The notes beneath the pieces were generated by a model. It had not been told where the DNA came from. It did no database searches and saw only the letters and a list, made by a program, of their open reading frames with translations. The position numbers and the translations under genes were made by a program. A stretch of DNA of 64,000 bases from Candidatus Cloacimonadota bacterium. GTDB lineage: Bacteria; Cloacimonadota; Cloacimonadia; Cloacimonadales; TCS61. Position 1 is the first letter of the stretch. Each line of letters opens with the position of its first letter. Below, piece after piece: positions 1-9,115 of the stretch. The stretch spans positions 34,867-98,866 of the forward strand of contig JAGGWK010000037.1 in NCBI GenBank assembly GCA_021157525.1. Reading direction: 5' to 3'.

Positions 1-259
1 TCAGTAGCGAATCCATGATGAGTTTGAGAAGATAGTTAACTTCCATGGCCGAGCGATTCCAGTTTTCTGTGGAGAAGGCATAAACCGTGAGGTATTTTAT
101 ACCGGCATCATAGGCCATCTCGATAGTGCGTCGGGTAGCAGCAACACCGGATTTATGCCCCATCAGCCGCTTTACTTTGTGCTTTTGAGCCCAGCGTCCA
201 TTACCGTCCATAATCACCGCCACATGGACAGGTAATTTGTCCGGATCGAGTTTTTTCAT
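1..259 (-). CDS. uppS: Undecaprenyl diphosphate synthase, N-terminal part only (3' end lies beyond the window start)
   Basis: Own reverse-strand translation from ATG (259-257): MKKLDPDKLPVHVAVIMDGNGRWAQKHKVKRLMGHKSGV...YLTVYAFSTENWNRS. This is the cis-prenyltransferase signature (DGNGRWA, FSTENW). It is absent from the ORF track because the window edge truncates it. Confidence 0.9.
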   Translation of the reverse strand, partial: MKKLDPDKLPVHVAVIMDGNGRWAQKHKVKRLMGHKSGVAATRRTIEMAYDAGIKYLTVYAFSTENWNRSAMEVNYLLKLIMDSLL

Positions 260-273
260 CAATTCTGTTTCGT

Positions 274-1393
274 TCATTTTTTCTCCACTTTTTGCATCAC
301 CACATAGCGGAGGTACGCAGTGATAAAACCGGACAAATCGCCGTCCATTACTTTGGCGGTGTTACCGGTTTCAAAGCCGGTACGATGGTCTTTTACCATC
401 TGGTATGGATGGAATACATAGGAGCGAATCTGGTTTCCCCAGCCGATATCACTCTTGGTTCCCTCCAGAGCTTGCCGTTCTTTTTCCCGTTGCTCTTCAT
501 AATGCTGATAGAGGCGGGAACGAAGAATCTTCATAGCGGTTTCCCGATTCATTATCTGTGAGCGCTCGTTTTGGCACTGCACCACAATATTGGTAGGAAG
601 GTGGGTGATGCGCACTGCGGAATCGGTGGTGTTTACCCCCTGGCCACCTTTGCCGCTGGAGCGATAGGTGTCTATCCGTAGCTCATTGGGCTCAATTTCC
701 ACTTCGATGTCGTCATCAACGATTGGGTACACAAATACCGATGCAAAGGAAGTTTGGCGTTTTCCCTGAGCATTAAAGGGAGAGATACGCACCAGTCTAT
801 GGATGCCAATTTCACTACGTAGATTGCCGTAAGCAAAGTCACCGAAAATCTCCATCGTCACGCTTTTTATTCCGGCCTCGTCACCGGGTTGTAAATCGAC
901 GATGGAAGTTTTATAGCCATTGGTGTCTGCCCAGCGGGTGTACATGCGAAACAGCATCTCTGACCAATCCTGGCTTTCGGTACCTCCAGCACCAGGATGG
1001 ATGGTGAGAATGGCATCTGCGCTATCGTATTTTCCACTGAGTAAAAAACGGGTTTCGATAACATCAAGGTCATCGGCATAGCGGGATGCAGCCATCGCCG
1101 CTTCCTGCAAAAGGACGTCGGAAAAGTCTTCTTTCAGCAATTCATGATAGGTTTGCATTTCTTCGGAGATGGTTATCAGGCGCGCATTTTCCTCCAGTTG
1201 ACCCCGGATAACGGTGATCTGTTTGGTGATGCGCTGCGCTTTCCGCTGGTCATTCCAAAATTCCGGGCTGTTCATCTGGGCTTCCAGTCCGGCCAATTGG
1301 GTTTTTAGGGCATCGATGTCAAAGAAACCTCCGGATCTCTGCGATGCGTAATATGATTGATTCTACTTCACGTTCAAATTCGACAAATTCCAT
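274..1393 (-). CDS. prfB: Peptide chain release factor 2, made from two frames by a programmed +1 frameshift (segments 1393..1322 and 1320..274)
   Basis: ORF 274..1296 carries the SPF tripeptide (RISPFNAQ) and GGQ (SSGKGGQGVNT). Upstream, ATG at 1393-1391 follows AAGGAG and encodes MEFVEFEREVESIILRIAEIRRFL, ending at an in-frame TGA within CTT TGA C. Shifting +1 continues DIDALKTQLAGLEAQMNS into the main ORF. Confidence 0.93.
1318..1334 (-). other. prfB +1 frameshift site: CTT-TGA-C slippery/stop context preceded by an internal SD-like GGAGG
   Basis: The minus strand reads ATCCGGAGGTTTCTTTGAC. CTTTGAC spans 1324..1318 and the SD-like CCGGAGG spans 1334..1328. The E. coli site is AGGGGGTATCTTTGAC. 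Confidence 0.9.
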
Positions 1394-1402
1394 GAGGGCT
1401 CC

Positions 1403-2560
1403 TTAATATCTTCCTGGTAGCAGGTAGTGTTTTACTTCTTCGTTAAAATAGCGATCGGTCATGGTGGCGATGAAATCCCGCACATATTCGGCCGATGAGA
1501 AACGGGAAAGGTAGTGTTTGTCTTTGTGATTGAGGAAATGAAGGAAAATCTTGGATTGCCGATTATCGGTTTCCAGATCATCCATATATTCTTCAAAGAG
1601 AATGTGCATCGATTTATTGATGGCTCGTTGCGCCGATTTTACTTCGGCATTTGTATAGATGCGGTCGTAATTAAAGCGTTTCAGTTTGAGGAGCATCTCA
1701 CTGGTTTCATCATCAAAGGAAATATGGTTATAACCGTAACTATTTACAATCACGCTTTTTACCAGCACATCGATGATCTGGCTGTTTGTCTCTCCCAAAT
1801 AGGCGCGACAGGATGTGGGAATCTCTTCCCGGGTGAGTATTTTGTAGCGTATGGCGTCTTCGATATCCTGCCCGATATAGGCGATAGTATCGGAAATACG
1901 CACGACGCATCCTTCCAGAGTAGCTGGCATCCAGGTTGCTTTTTGTCCGGCATTTTTCTTTTTCCTATAGTCCAGGATGTCAGATTCTTTTTTGTCTGAC
2001 TGTGGTTTGAGCCGGGTATTGTGTACTTCACCGTCATGAGATATAATGCCATCCCGCACCTGAAATGTGAGGTTGAGGCCAAGGCCTTTGCTGGAGATAT
2101 TATCGACGACGTGGAGACTTTCGATATTGTGATGGAAGTGGCCGATGCCATGCTGCTGGCAACAGTCGCTGAGGGCAACCTCGCCATCGTGGCCAAAGGG
2201 TGTGTGGCCGAGGTCGTGGCCCAGAGCAATGGCTTCAATGAGAGCCAGATTCAGACGCAGATTTGTCCCGATAGTACGGGATATCTGAGAAACGTAAGTG
2301 GTGTGGAGGCTGCGGTTACTCATCTCTTCATCAAACATGTTGGTAAAGGCAAAGACCTGGGTTTTTCCCTGATACCGGCGGTAAGCACCGCTATAGACGA
2401 TGCGATCCCGATCGATGGCAAAAGGCGTGCGCATGTAGTCCCCATCCTCTTCTTTCAGGCGCCAGGCATCTGCGTCGTGGGTAGCATGGGGACTAAAGGT
2501 CTTATCGGTTTCCGCTTGATTCAGCTGATAAATTTCCTGCAGTCGTTTCTGGTCTATCAT
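1403..2560 (-). CDS. dgt: dGTP triphosphohydrolase-like HD-domain protein
   Basis: The HD motif (ALGHDLGHTPFGHDGE) and the YRRYQGKTQVF / RSLHT blocks are typical of Dgt-like dNTPases. I start at the ATG at 2560 (MIDQKRL), 6 nt after AAGGAG. An ATG at 2566 is also possible. The track's 2755 start overlaps trmB and looks spurious. Confidence 0.8.
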   Translation of the reverse strand: MIDQKRLQEIYQLNQAETDKTFSPHATHDADAWRLKEEDGDYMRTPFAIDRDRIVYSGAYRRYQGKTQVFAFTNMFDEEMSNRSLHTTYVSQISRTIGTNLRLNLALIEAIALGHDLGHTPFGHDGEVALSDCCQQHGIGHFHHNIESLHVVDNISSKGLGLNLTFQVRDGIISHDGEVHNTRLKPQSDKKESDILDYRKKKNAGQKATWMPATLEGCVVRISDTIAYIGQDIEDAIRYKILTREEIPTSCRAYLGETNSQIIDVLVKSVIVNSYGYNHISFDDETSEMLLKLKRFNYDRIYTNAEVKSAQRAINKSMHILFEEYMDDLETDNRQSKIFLHFLNHKDKHYLSRFSSAEYVRDFIATMTDRYFNEEVKHYLLPGRY

Positions 2561-3218
2561 CCTCATCTCCTTGTGGCGTGTGAGCCGTAAGTGGTAAATG
2601 ATCGGTTTTTCTAAAGCGCATAAAATAGGGAGGATAGCCTTCCTTACGCTTAAATTCTTCATAGTACGTAACAATGTGACCAGCCCGTGGAAGGGTAGTG
2701 TAACCCTTTTCATAGAGTGCCACAAAATCTTTGCGCCGGGCAAAATGCTCGACAATCCACATGACGTATTCCTGATGGTCAGTAGCTATTTCAATTTCTC
2801 CCCGCAGACGCAGAATCTGGTTGAGGGTATCCAGAAAGGAGTCCTGAATGATGCGGTTTTTGTGGTGCTTACGTTTAGGCCACGGATCTGGGTGAATGAT
2901 AAATATTTTCCGTATGGAATGGCGTGGGATGATGTTTATCACCGAGTCATCCACGTACAACCGCATCAGGCGCACGTTTGCATGGCGGGATGCATCCAAC
3001 TTATGCAAGATAATGCGGATGCGGTCGCCTTTCACTTCTATGCCAAGAAAATTGCGATCCCACTCCACCAGGGATTTGGTGGCAATGAGTTCACCTTTAC
3101 CGCAACCGATCTCCATATATACCGGATTATCGTTACCAAAAATGGCACGGAAATCCAATAATTCATTATCTTTATGAGGAATACAAAAGAACTCCTCTTT
3201 TTCCTGTATCGTCATCAT
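2502..3218 (-). CDS. trmB: tRNA (guanine46-N7)-methyltransferase
   Basis: SAM-binding EIGCGKGE and the DPWPKRKHHKNR motif are characteristic of TrmB. The 3' tail overlaps the dgt start by about 60 nt. Confidence 0.85.
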   Translation of the reverse strand: MMTIQEKEEFFCIPHKDNELLDFRAIFGNDNPVYMEIGCGKGELIATKSLVEWDRNFLGIEVKGDRIRIILHKLDASRHANVRLMRLYVDDSVINIIPRHSIRKIFIIHPDPWPKRKHHKNRIIQDSFLDTLNQILRLRGEIEIATDHQEYVMWIVEHFARRKDFVALYEKGYTTLPRAGHIVTYYEEFKRKEGYPPYFMRFRKTDHLPLTAHTPQGDEDDRPETTAGNLSAESSGNR

Positions 3219-3357
3219 AACCTTTCAATTTCCTTAGCTTTGAATTTTTCCAAATGGGGTTTTGTGTCAAGCCCGATGTTGTAACGGGATCAATGGACAT
3301 CGGCGGGTTTGCCTTTTTCCTTGACCACCTGCAGGGAAATTTTCACGGTGCTCCCAA

Positions 3358-3478
3358 ATCTATCTTCGGGGCAGGGTATTTATTCCCGACCGACGGTGAA
3401 AGCCCGTGAGCTGGCAAAAGTCAGCTGATCCGGTGTAATTCCGGAGCCGACAGTAGAGTCTGGATGGGAGAAGGTAGC
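3358..3478 (+). promoter_or_regulatory. FMN riboswitch (RFN element) aptamer
   Basis: TCTTCGGGGCAGGGTATTTATTCCCGACCGACGGTGAAAGCCCGTGAGC...CCGGTGTAATTCCGGAGCCGACAGTAGAGTCTGGATGGGAGAAGGTA matches the conserved RFN core blocks. P1 pairs 3361-3367 with 3470-3476. It lies directly upstream of ribD. Confidence 0.92.
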
Positions 3479-3507
3479 GCGTGAGCTTTATGCTCATGCA
3501 TCATTTC

Positions 3508-3535
3508 AGCCCCGATGTTGCGGGGCTTTTTTTTA
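3508..3535 (+). terminator. Intrinsic terminator (expression platform of the FMN riboswitch)
   Basis: AGCCCCG-atgtt-GCGGGGCT stem followed by T8 (3527-3534), placed between the aptamer and the ribD RBS. Confidence 0.85.
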
Positions 3536-3577
3536 TACCTACACATCGGTAGCCCTGCTCCGTCAGGAGCGAAAAAA

Positions 3578-4741
3578 ATGGAAAGATTCATGCAACGGGC
3601 CTTAGACCTTGCACAAAGGTATCGAGGCGTAACATCGCCCAATCCGATGGTGGGAGCGGTGGTGGTGAAGGATGGCCATATCGTAGGAGAAGGTGCTCAT
3701 CCTCATGCCGGGATGCCACATGCCGAGATATTTGCTCTGCGAAGTGCTGGCAAAGCAGCCAATGGCGCCACACTCTACGTAACCCTTGAACCCTGCAATC
3801 ATCAGGGGAAAACCCCACCTTGCACAGAAGCCATCATTGCCGCCGGCATTACCAGAGTTGTCGCCGCCATGGAAGATCCCAATCCTCTGGTACAGGGCAA
3901 AGGATTTGCGCGATTGCGCCAGTCGGGTATCATGGTAGAGTGTGGGATGCTGGAAGCGCAAGCCCGCAAGCTCAATGAGGTTTTTATCCACTACATCACC
4001 ACCGGCATGCCCTTTGTCACCATGAAAGCTGCCACTTCTCTGGATGGCCGCATCGCCACTCAAACCGGTGACTCCCGCTGGATTTCCAGCCCTTCGGCTC
4101 GGCGGCGGGTACATGAGATGCGCCGGGAATACGATGCTGTGATGATCGGCAAAGGGACATTACTCAAGGATAATCCCCGCCTCAATGTGCGATTGGATGA
4201 AGAGCTGGAAGGACCGCAAAAAATCGTTATCATGCCAAATCTGAATGTTTCAGCCCGGGAGCTTACGAAGATGAATGTGTACCGCACATCCCTTCGAAAA
4301 CCCCTGATAGTCGTCTGTAACCAAGGTGTCGCCCACCGCGACGCAGCGTCGCGGTATGCCGCTCACAATATTCAGTTGATACCGGTGGAAGAAGTAGATG
4401 GCATGATAAATCTGCGCAGTCTGGGCCGGGCTCTTGGTCAGAGCGGCATTACCAGCCTTCTGCTGGAGGGGGGCGCCGGACTTTTTACCAGCTATCTGAA
4501 ACAGCAGCTTATCAACAAAATCACTCTCTTCCAGGGCCCCATCATCATCGGGGCTGAAGGAATGTCTCTGGTGGGACATTGTCAAAATGCCGTCATCCAC
4601 GATGCGTTGCGGCTCAAAGAGATCACCACCAAAAGTTTTGGCGATACCGTACAGATTACCGGCTATCCTACCTACCGGATGCATCCTGTACAAAAAGAGA
4701 ACCAAAATTCCCGGGAGGACTCATGTTTACCGGAATCGTAG
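3578..4741 (+). CDS. ribD: Bifunctional riboflavin biosynthesis protein RibD (pyrimidine deaminase / uracil reductase)
   Basis: Zinc deaminase motifs HAEIFAL and LEPCNHQGKTPPC, plus a C-terminal RibD_C-like reductase part. Start is the ATG at 3578, 8 nt after GGAG. The track start at 3515 lies inside the terminator. Confidence 0.92.
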   Translation: MERFMQRALDLAQRYRGVTSPNPMVGAVVVKDGHIVGEGAHPHAGMPHAEIFALRSAGKAANGATLYVTLEPCNHQGKTPPCTEAIIAAGITRVVAAMEDPNPLVQGKGFARLRQSGIMVECGMLEAQARKLNEVFIHYITTGMPFVTMKAATSLDGRIATQTGDSRWISSPSARRRVHEMRREYDAVMIGKGTLLKDNPRLNVRLDEELEGPQKIVIMPNLNVSARELTKMNVYRTSLRKPLIVVCNQGVAHRDAASRYAAHNIQLIPVEEVDGMINLRSLGRALGQSGITSLLLEGGAGLFTSYLKQQLINKITLFQGPIIIGAEGMSLVGHCQNAVIHDALRLKEITTKSFGDTVQITGYPTYRMHPVQKENQNSREDSCLPES

Positions 4742-5361
4742 AAGAAACAGGCACCTTGATTGCGTCCAATACCTCAGGGGGCAACACTCGATTCACCTTT
4801 CAGTGTGAGAAGATTCTGGCCGATGTAAAGCTGGGAGACAGCATCGCTGTAAATGGTCTGTGTCTCACGGTGAACCGTTTTTCACAAAACACTTTCTGCA
4901 CCGACGTGATGCCGGTAACCCTGGGAAAATCTTGCTTCACTCACATCAAACCAGGTGATAAAGTTAACCTCGAACGGGCACTCAGAATGTCGGATCGGCT
5001 GGGTGGCCATCTGGTTACCGGTCACATAGATGGCGTGGGAACCGTTATTGCCATGGAGCATCAACAAAATACTCTGATCCTGGATATCCGGCCGGAAGCT
5101 GAACAAATGGCAGCTGTCATCCCTGAAGGCTCGGTATGCATTAACGGCATCAGTCTCACGGTGGCCAGCCTGCAAAGCGACCATTTCAGGGTTTCTCTCA
5201 TCCCCCACACTTACGCCGCCACTGCCATGCCTTACCTGCAAGTGGGTGATACAGTAAACCTGGAAACCGACATTATTGGGAAATATGTGCACCATTTTTT
5301 GCACACAGACAACCAAAAAACACTCAGTCTCGAAATACTTAACAAATATGGATTTATATAA
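4723..5361 (+). CDS. ribE: Riboflavin synthase alpha chain
   Basis: MFTGIVEETGTL N-terminus and a duplicated lumazine-binding repeat (GDSIAVNGLCLTV / GSVCINGISLTV). GGGAGGA RBS. Overlaps the ribD end by 19 nt. Confidence 0.92.
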   Translation: MFTGIVEETGTLIASNTSGGNTRFTFQCEKILADVKLGDSIAVNGLCLTVNRFSQNTFCTDVMPVTLGKSCFTHIKPGDKVNLERALRMSDRLGGHLVTGHIDGVGTVIAMEHQQNTLILDIRPEAEQMAAVIPEGSVCINGISLTVASLQSDHFRVSLIPHTYAATAMPYLQVGDTVNLETDIIGKYVHHFLHTDNQKTLSLEILNKYGFI

Positions 5362-5371
5362 TGGAGTATCA

Positions 5372-6577
5372 ATGAATTTCAGCTCAGTAGATGTTGCTTT
5401 AGACGACCTTCGGGCCGGACAGATGGTGATAGTTTTGGATGACGAAAATCGCGAAAACGAAGGAGACCTGATTATTGCGGCACAATTCGCCACGCCGCAG
5501 GCCATCAATTTTATGATCACCCACGCCCGTGGACTGGTCTGCATGCCCATGATGGCAAAGGATTTGGCTCGTCTTAATCTGCCACAGATGGTAGCCACCA
5601 ATACCGATAACCACCATACGGCATTCTCGGTATCCGTGGATCACGCTTCTACCACCACGGGGATATCAGCCCACGAACGCTCTGCCACGATTCATGCCCT
5701 TATTTCTCAGGATTCAGCAGCGGAGGATTTCCGCAAGCCGGGTCACATATTTCCGTTGCAAGCCAGGGATGGTGGGGTGCTTCAGCGCCGGGGCCACACC
5801 GAAGCTGCGGTGGATCTGTGCCGCCTGGCAGGGCTGCATCCAGCAGGTGTAATATGTGAAATAACCAATGACGATGGTACTATGGCACGGTTGCCGCAAT
5901 TGCGCACCTTTGCTCTTAAATGGCATTTGCACATCATCACCATCGCTGACTTGGTGAAATTTCTGAGGAAAAACCAAAGCCTTGTACAGCGGGAAACCGA
6001 AATCAATCTGCCAACCCGATGGGGAAATTTTACGGTGCGCGCCTACAGCTCGCCAGATTCAGCCGAGCCGCATCTGGCATTAATAAAGGGTGATCCTACC
6101 AATGCCGCTGCTCCACTGTGCCGTGTTCACTCCGAATGCCTCACTGGCGATCTGTTGGGTAGCCTGCGCTGCGATTGCGGCGACCAGTTGCACGAAGCTA
6201 TGACGGCCATCGATGCAGCCGGCTGCGGTATTTTGATTTATCTGCGACAAGAGGGGAGAGGTATCGGTCTTTTGAATAAACTCAAAGCCTATGCGCTGCA
6301 ACAAAATCAGGGACTGGATACGGTGGAAGCCAACATCGCGCTGGGGTTTGCACCGGAGCTTCGAGATTTTAAACCCGCAGCCGACATCCTGAAGGATTGC
6401 GGTGTATCATCGGTAACATTGATGACCAACAATCCGCTGAAAATCGACCATTTAGAACAATGCGGGATAGCAGTTCAACGGAAAGCGCTTGAAGTGTCTG
6501 CATCCTGCCAAAACCAAGAATATCTGCGTACCAAGCGGGATAAAATGGGACATATCTTAGAAAATCTCATCGGCTGA
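5372..6577 (+). CDS. ribBA: Bifunctional 3,4-dihydroxy-2-butanone-4-phosphate synthase / GTP cyclohydrolase II
   Basis: DHBP synthase block [12 protein letters not shown], and a GCH-II block with CxCG zinc site ([10 protein letters not shown]) and [13 protein letters not shown] at 5372 lies 5 nt after GGAG. Confidence 0.92.
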   Translation: MNFSSVDVALDDLRAGQMVIVLDDENRENEGDLIIAAQFATPQAINFMITHARGLVCMPMMAKDLARLNLPQMVATNTDNHHTAFSVSVDHASTTTGISAHERSATIHALISQDSAAEDFRKPGHIFPLQARDGGVLQRRGHTEAAVDLCRLAGLHPAGVICEITNDDGTMARLPQLRTFALKWHLHIITIADLVKFLRKNQSLVQRETEINLPTRWGNFTVRAYSSPDSAEPHLALIKGDPTNAAAPLCRVHSECLTGDLLGSLRCDCGDQLHEAMTAIDAAGCGILIYLRQEGRGIGLLNKLKAYALQQNQGLDTVEANIALGFAPELRDFKPAADILKDCGVSSVTLMTNNPLKIDHLEQCGIAVQRKALEVSASCQNQEYLRTKRDKMGHILENLIG

Positions 6578-6588
6578 AAGGAGGAAAT

Positions 6589-7062
6589 ATGCCAAAAATA
6601 ATCGAAGGACATTTATGTGGAAAGAGCCGTCATTTCGCCATCGTAGTGAGCCGGTTCAACGAATTCATCACATCGAAATTGCTCAGCGGCGCATTGGATG
6701 CTCTGATACGTCATGAAACGAAGGATAATGATATAACCGTGGTGTGGGTGCCGGGGGCTTTTGAGATTCCGCTGGTTGCATCCCGCCTGGCAAAAAGCGA
6801 TAAGTATGATGCGGTGATTTGTTTGGGAACCGTCATCCGTGGTGCCACACCCCATTTTGATTACGTGAGTGCAGAAGTCTCCAAAGGGGTAGCCCATGCC
6901 GGCTTGCAAAGTAACGTTCCTGTGATATTTGGTGTGCTCACCACAAACACCATAGAGCAGGCAGTGGAACGGGCTGGTACAAAGGCAGGCAACAAAGGCT
7001 GGGATGCCGCCATCAGTGCCTTGGAAATGGCCGATCTATTGCCCCAAATCTCAAGGGATTAA
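6589..7062 (+). CDS. ribH: 6,7-dimethyl-8-ribityllumazine synthase
   Basis: 157 aa. Typical RibH blocks ([32 protein letters not shown]). AAAGGAGG RBS. Confidence 0.93.
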   Translation: MPKIIEGHLCGKSRHFAIVVSRFNEFITSKLLSGALDALIRHETKDNDITVVWVPGAFEIPLVASRLAKSDKYDAVICLGTVIRGATPHFDYVSAEVSKGVAHAGLQSNVPVIFGVLTTNTIEQAVERAGTKAGNKGWDAAISALEMADLLPQISRD

Positions 7063-7146
7063 CGGCAATTCACAGGATTCAGGGTGTAAATTCCATTGAC
7101 ATCAGAAGCCTTGCTCATTTCCCTGCTGACCGAAAAGGAGATGTTT

Positions 7147-8220
7147 ATGAAGTATAAAATCATTTTGTTCCTGCTCTTTGCAGCAAGTCTTTGGGCTGAT
7201 ATCCCCCAAGGTTATTATGATGATGCAGCAGGGCTTTCTGGTACTCAATTGAAGGCAGCACTCCACAATATCATTGATGATCATGTGGAATATTCCTATA
7301 ATGATTTGCGCGATTTTGTGTTGAAAGACACTGACGAAGATCCCAACAACACTAATAATGTGATTCTGCTTTATACCGGTTGGAGCTACCCGAAATCATC
7401 TTTTGGCGGCGGTGCGTCAGACTGGAATCGCGAGCACACATGGGCAAAATCCCATGGCAATTTTGGCACATCAGCACCGGCAGGCACGGATGCACACCAC
7501 ATACGACCCACCGATGTAACCGTGAACTCCGCCCGAGGTAATCTGGATTTTGACAACGGCGGCACCATTTACGTTGATGGTGATGGCGCTACGGAATGCC
7601 GTCGGGACGACGATAGCTGGGAGCCTTGGGATGAGGTAAAAGGTGATGTAGCCAGGATGCTGTTTTATATGGCTGTGCGCTATGAAGGCGGCGGGGGAGA
7701 GCCCGATCTGGAACTTACAGACACCGTTCCTTCATCTCCCAATTATGAGCCTCTTCACGGCAAGATGTCCACGCTCCTGGCCTGGCATCAGCAAGATCCT
7801 CCCAGTGCCTGGGAAGAGCTGCGTAACGATAAAGTCTATTCCTATCAGGAAAACCGCAATCCCTTCATCGATCACCCGGAATATGTTTCTTTAATCTGGG
7901 GTGGAACCGCTGTACAGCCGGAAATTTGCAGCCAGCCGATGGTAGCTACCGCCTATCCAAATCCCTTTAACCCCTCAACCACTATCAGCTTTTCCTTGGA
8001 TGCAAAAATTGCCGGACAGCAACCGGTTAGGGTTGAGGTGTTCAATGTCAAAGGTCAGCAAATCAAGGTCCTGATGGTAAATTCTGAGATTTCCGGATCG
8101 GGCTCTGTTACCTGGGATGGTACCGATAACACCAATGCTACGCAATCCAGCGGAGTTTATTTCTATCGCGTTACGTCCGGAATACAGCAAGCCTATGGCA
8201 AAGTGTTGATGATCAAATAG
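7147..8220 (+). CDS. Secreted endonuclease I family nuclease with a T9SS-type C-terminal sorting domain
   Basis: Signal peptide MKYKIILFLLFAASLWA. Endonuclease-I-like motifs WNREHTWAKSHG and DAHHIRPTDVTVNSARGN. C-terminus AYPNPFNPSTTISFSL...GVYFYRV resembles the Por/T9SS type A sorting domain. Confidence 0.75.
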   Translation: MKYKIILFLLFAASLWADIPQGYYDDAAGLSGTQLKAALHNIIDDHVEYSYNDLRDFVLKDTDEDPNNTNNVILLYTGWSYPKSSFGGGASDWNREHTWAKSHGNFGTSAPAGTDAHHIRPTDVTVNSARGNLDFDNGGTIYVDGDGATECRRDDDSWEPWDEVKGDVARMLFYMAVRYEGGGGEPDLELTDTVPSSPNYEPLHGKMSTLLAWHQQDPPSAWEELRNDKVYSYQENRNPFIDHPEYVSLIWGGTAVQPEICSQPMVATAYPNPFNPSTTISFSLDAKIAGQQPVRVEVFNVKGQQIKVLMVNSEISGSGSVTWDGTDNTNATQSSGVYFYRVTSGIQQAYGKVLMIK

Positions 8221-8425
8221 CTGAAGTAAAAGCCTGATGGCCACGCAGGAGCTTTTCCACTTCGTTATGAGATAAGCTGAAGATTGACATTGCAGCACCA
8301 GTTAAAACTGGTTAACGAGAAAGTAGCAAATATCTACGGCCACCGGCTTTTTGACCTGTGAAATTCCGAAAGAGTATTTTACTTGGTCAGCCGATGATAT
8401 GCGGAAAATTATACCCTGAAGGGCA

Positions 8426-8583
8426 GATGCTGTTTTTGCAAATCACGAATTGCGAAATTAACGATATAAGATTAAGTTTGATTTTGAAATACACTCACTT
8501 TTTACGGAACGACCTTCTGCATAACCATAAAAAAATGGCGGGAGTGACGGGACTTCCCGACTCGTCGGGACAATCTTCTGCGT
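8426..8583. repeat. Direct repeat copy A (~158 bp), ending in a degenerate tRNA-Asp 3' half
   Basis: Aligns with 8943..9101 at a 517-bp offset, with 6 substitutions and 1 indel by eye. Confidence 0.9.
8536..8583 (-). pseudogene. Degenerate copy of the tRNA-Asp 3' half (variant anticodon-stem segment ACGCAGAAGATT + replaced T-arm + acceptor 3' strand + CCA)
   Basis: The minus strand reads ACGCAGAAGATTGTCCCGACGAGTCGGGAAGTCCCGTCACTCCCGCCA. The last 18 nt are identical to the 3' end of the intact tRNA-Asp at 9116..9192. Confidence 0.8.
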
Positions 8584-8615
8584 GTGAAATGTTCCAGGAA
8601 GGTTTATTGAATCGC

Positions 8616-8870
8616 TTACATTTGTTGCTTTTTCATAATGAGATTCTCAATGTAAATTCTGCTTTTCTGTCGTTTGATTTCATTTTCACGCTTCATTGCC
8701 TCCCCTTTTGTATCGTACTCTTCATGATATAGTATCTTCCAGGGAATGCCGGCTTTCGTTGATTTCGACCATCCGGCATTATGCCGTTCCAGGCGCGATG
8801 CCAGATCATGCGTATGACCAATATAATATCGATCGATCGATCGAGAATAAAGAATGTAAGTAAAGAACAT
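8616..8870 (-). CDS. Small stand-alone GIY-YIG nuclease-family protein (84 aa)
   Basis: FFTYILYSRSIDRYYIGHTHDLASRLERHN...EAMKRENEIK matches the GIY-(x10)-YIG, conserved Arg and distal Glu/Asn pattern of URI/GIY-YIG domains. Confidence 0.8.
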   Translation of the reverse strand: MFFTYILYSRSIDRYYIGHTHDLASRLERHNAGWSKSTKAGIPWKILYHEEYDTKGEAMKRENEIKRQKSRIYIENLIMKKQQM

Positions 8871-8942
8871 TGCAAATCCATTATAAATGTTGTTGTGAAT
8901 ATTGCTTCAATGTCGCGTTTATTTATAAGAACGATGCTTTTT

Positions 8943-9101
8943 GATGCTGTTTTTGCAAATCACGAATTGCGAAATTAACGATATAAGATTAAGCTTGATT
9001 TTGAAATACACTGACTTTTTACGGGACGACCTTCTGCGTAACCATAAAAAAAATGGCGGGAGTGACGGGACTTCCCGACTCGTCGGGACGACCTTCTGCG
9101 T
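8943..9101. repeat. Direct repeat copy B (~159 bp), ending in a degenerate tRNA-Asp 3' half and abutting the intact tRNA-Asp
   Basis: See copy A. This is the same sequence shifted by 517 bp. Confidence 0.9.
9054..9101 (-). pseudogene. Degenerate copy of the tRNA-Asp 3' half, 62 bp downstream-phased from the intact tRNA
   Basis: The minus strand reads ACGCAGAAGGTCGTCCCGACGAGTCGGGAAGTCCCGTCACTCCCGCCA. The first 12 nt and last 18 nt are identical to the real tRNA. The T-arm is replaced by a TCCCGA/TCGGGA hairpin. Confidence 0.8.
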
Positions 9102-9115
9102 AACCATAAAAAAAA

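Larger units (their letters stand above)
8426..9101 (-). mobile_element. Putative tRNA-Asp-associated cassette: GIY-YIG gene bracketed by direct repeats that carry tRNA 3'-half copies
   Basis: The architecture is attL/attR-like duplication of a tRNA 3' segment around a nuclease ORF. No integrase or transposase is present, so mobility is inferred only. Confidence 0.35.
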
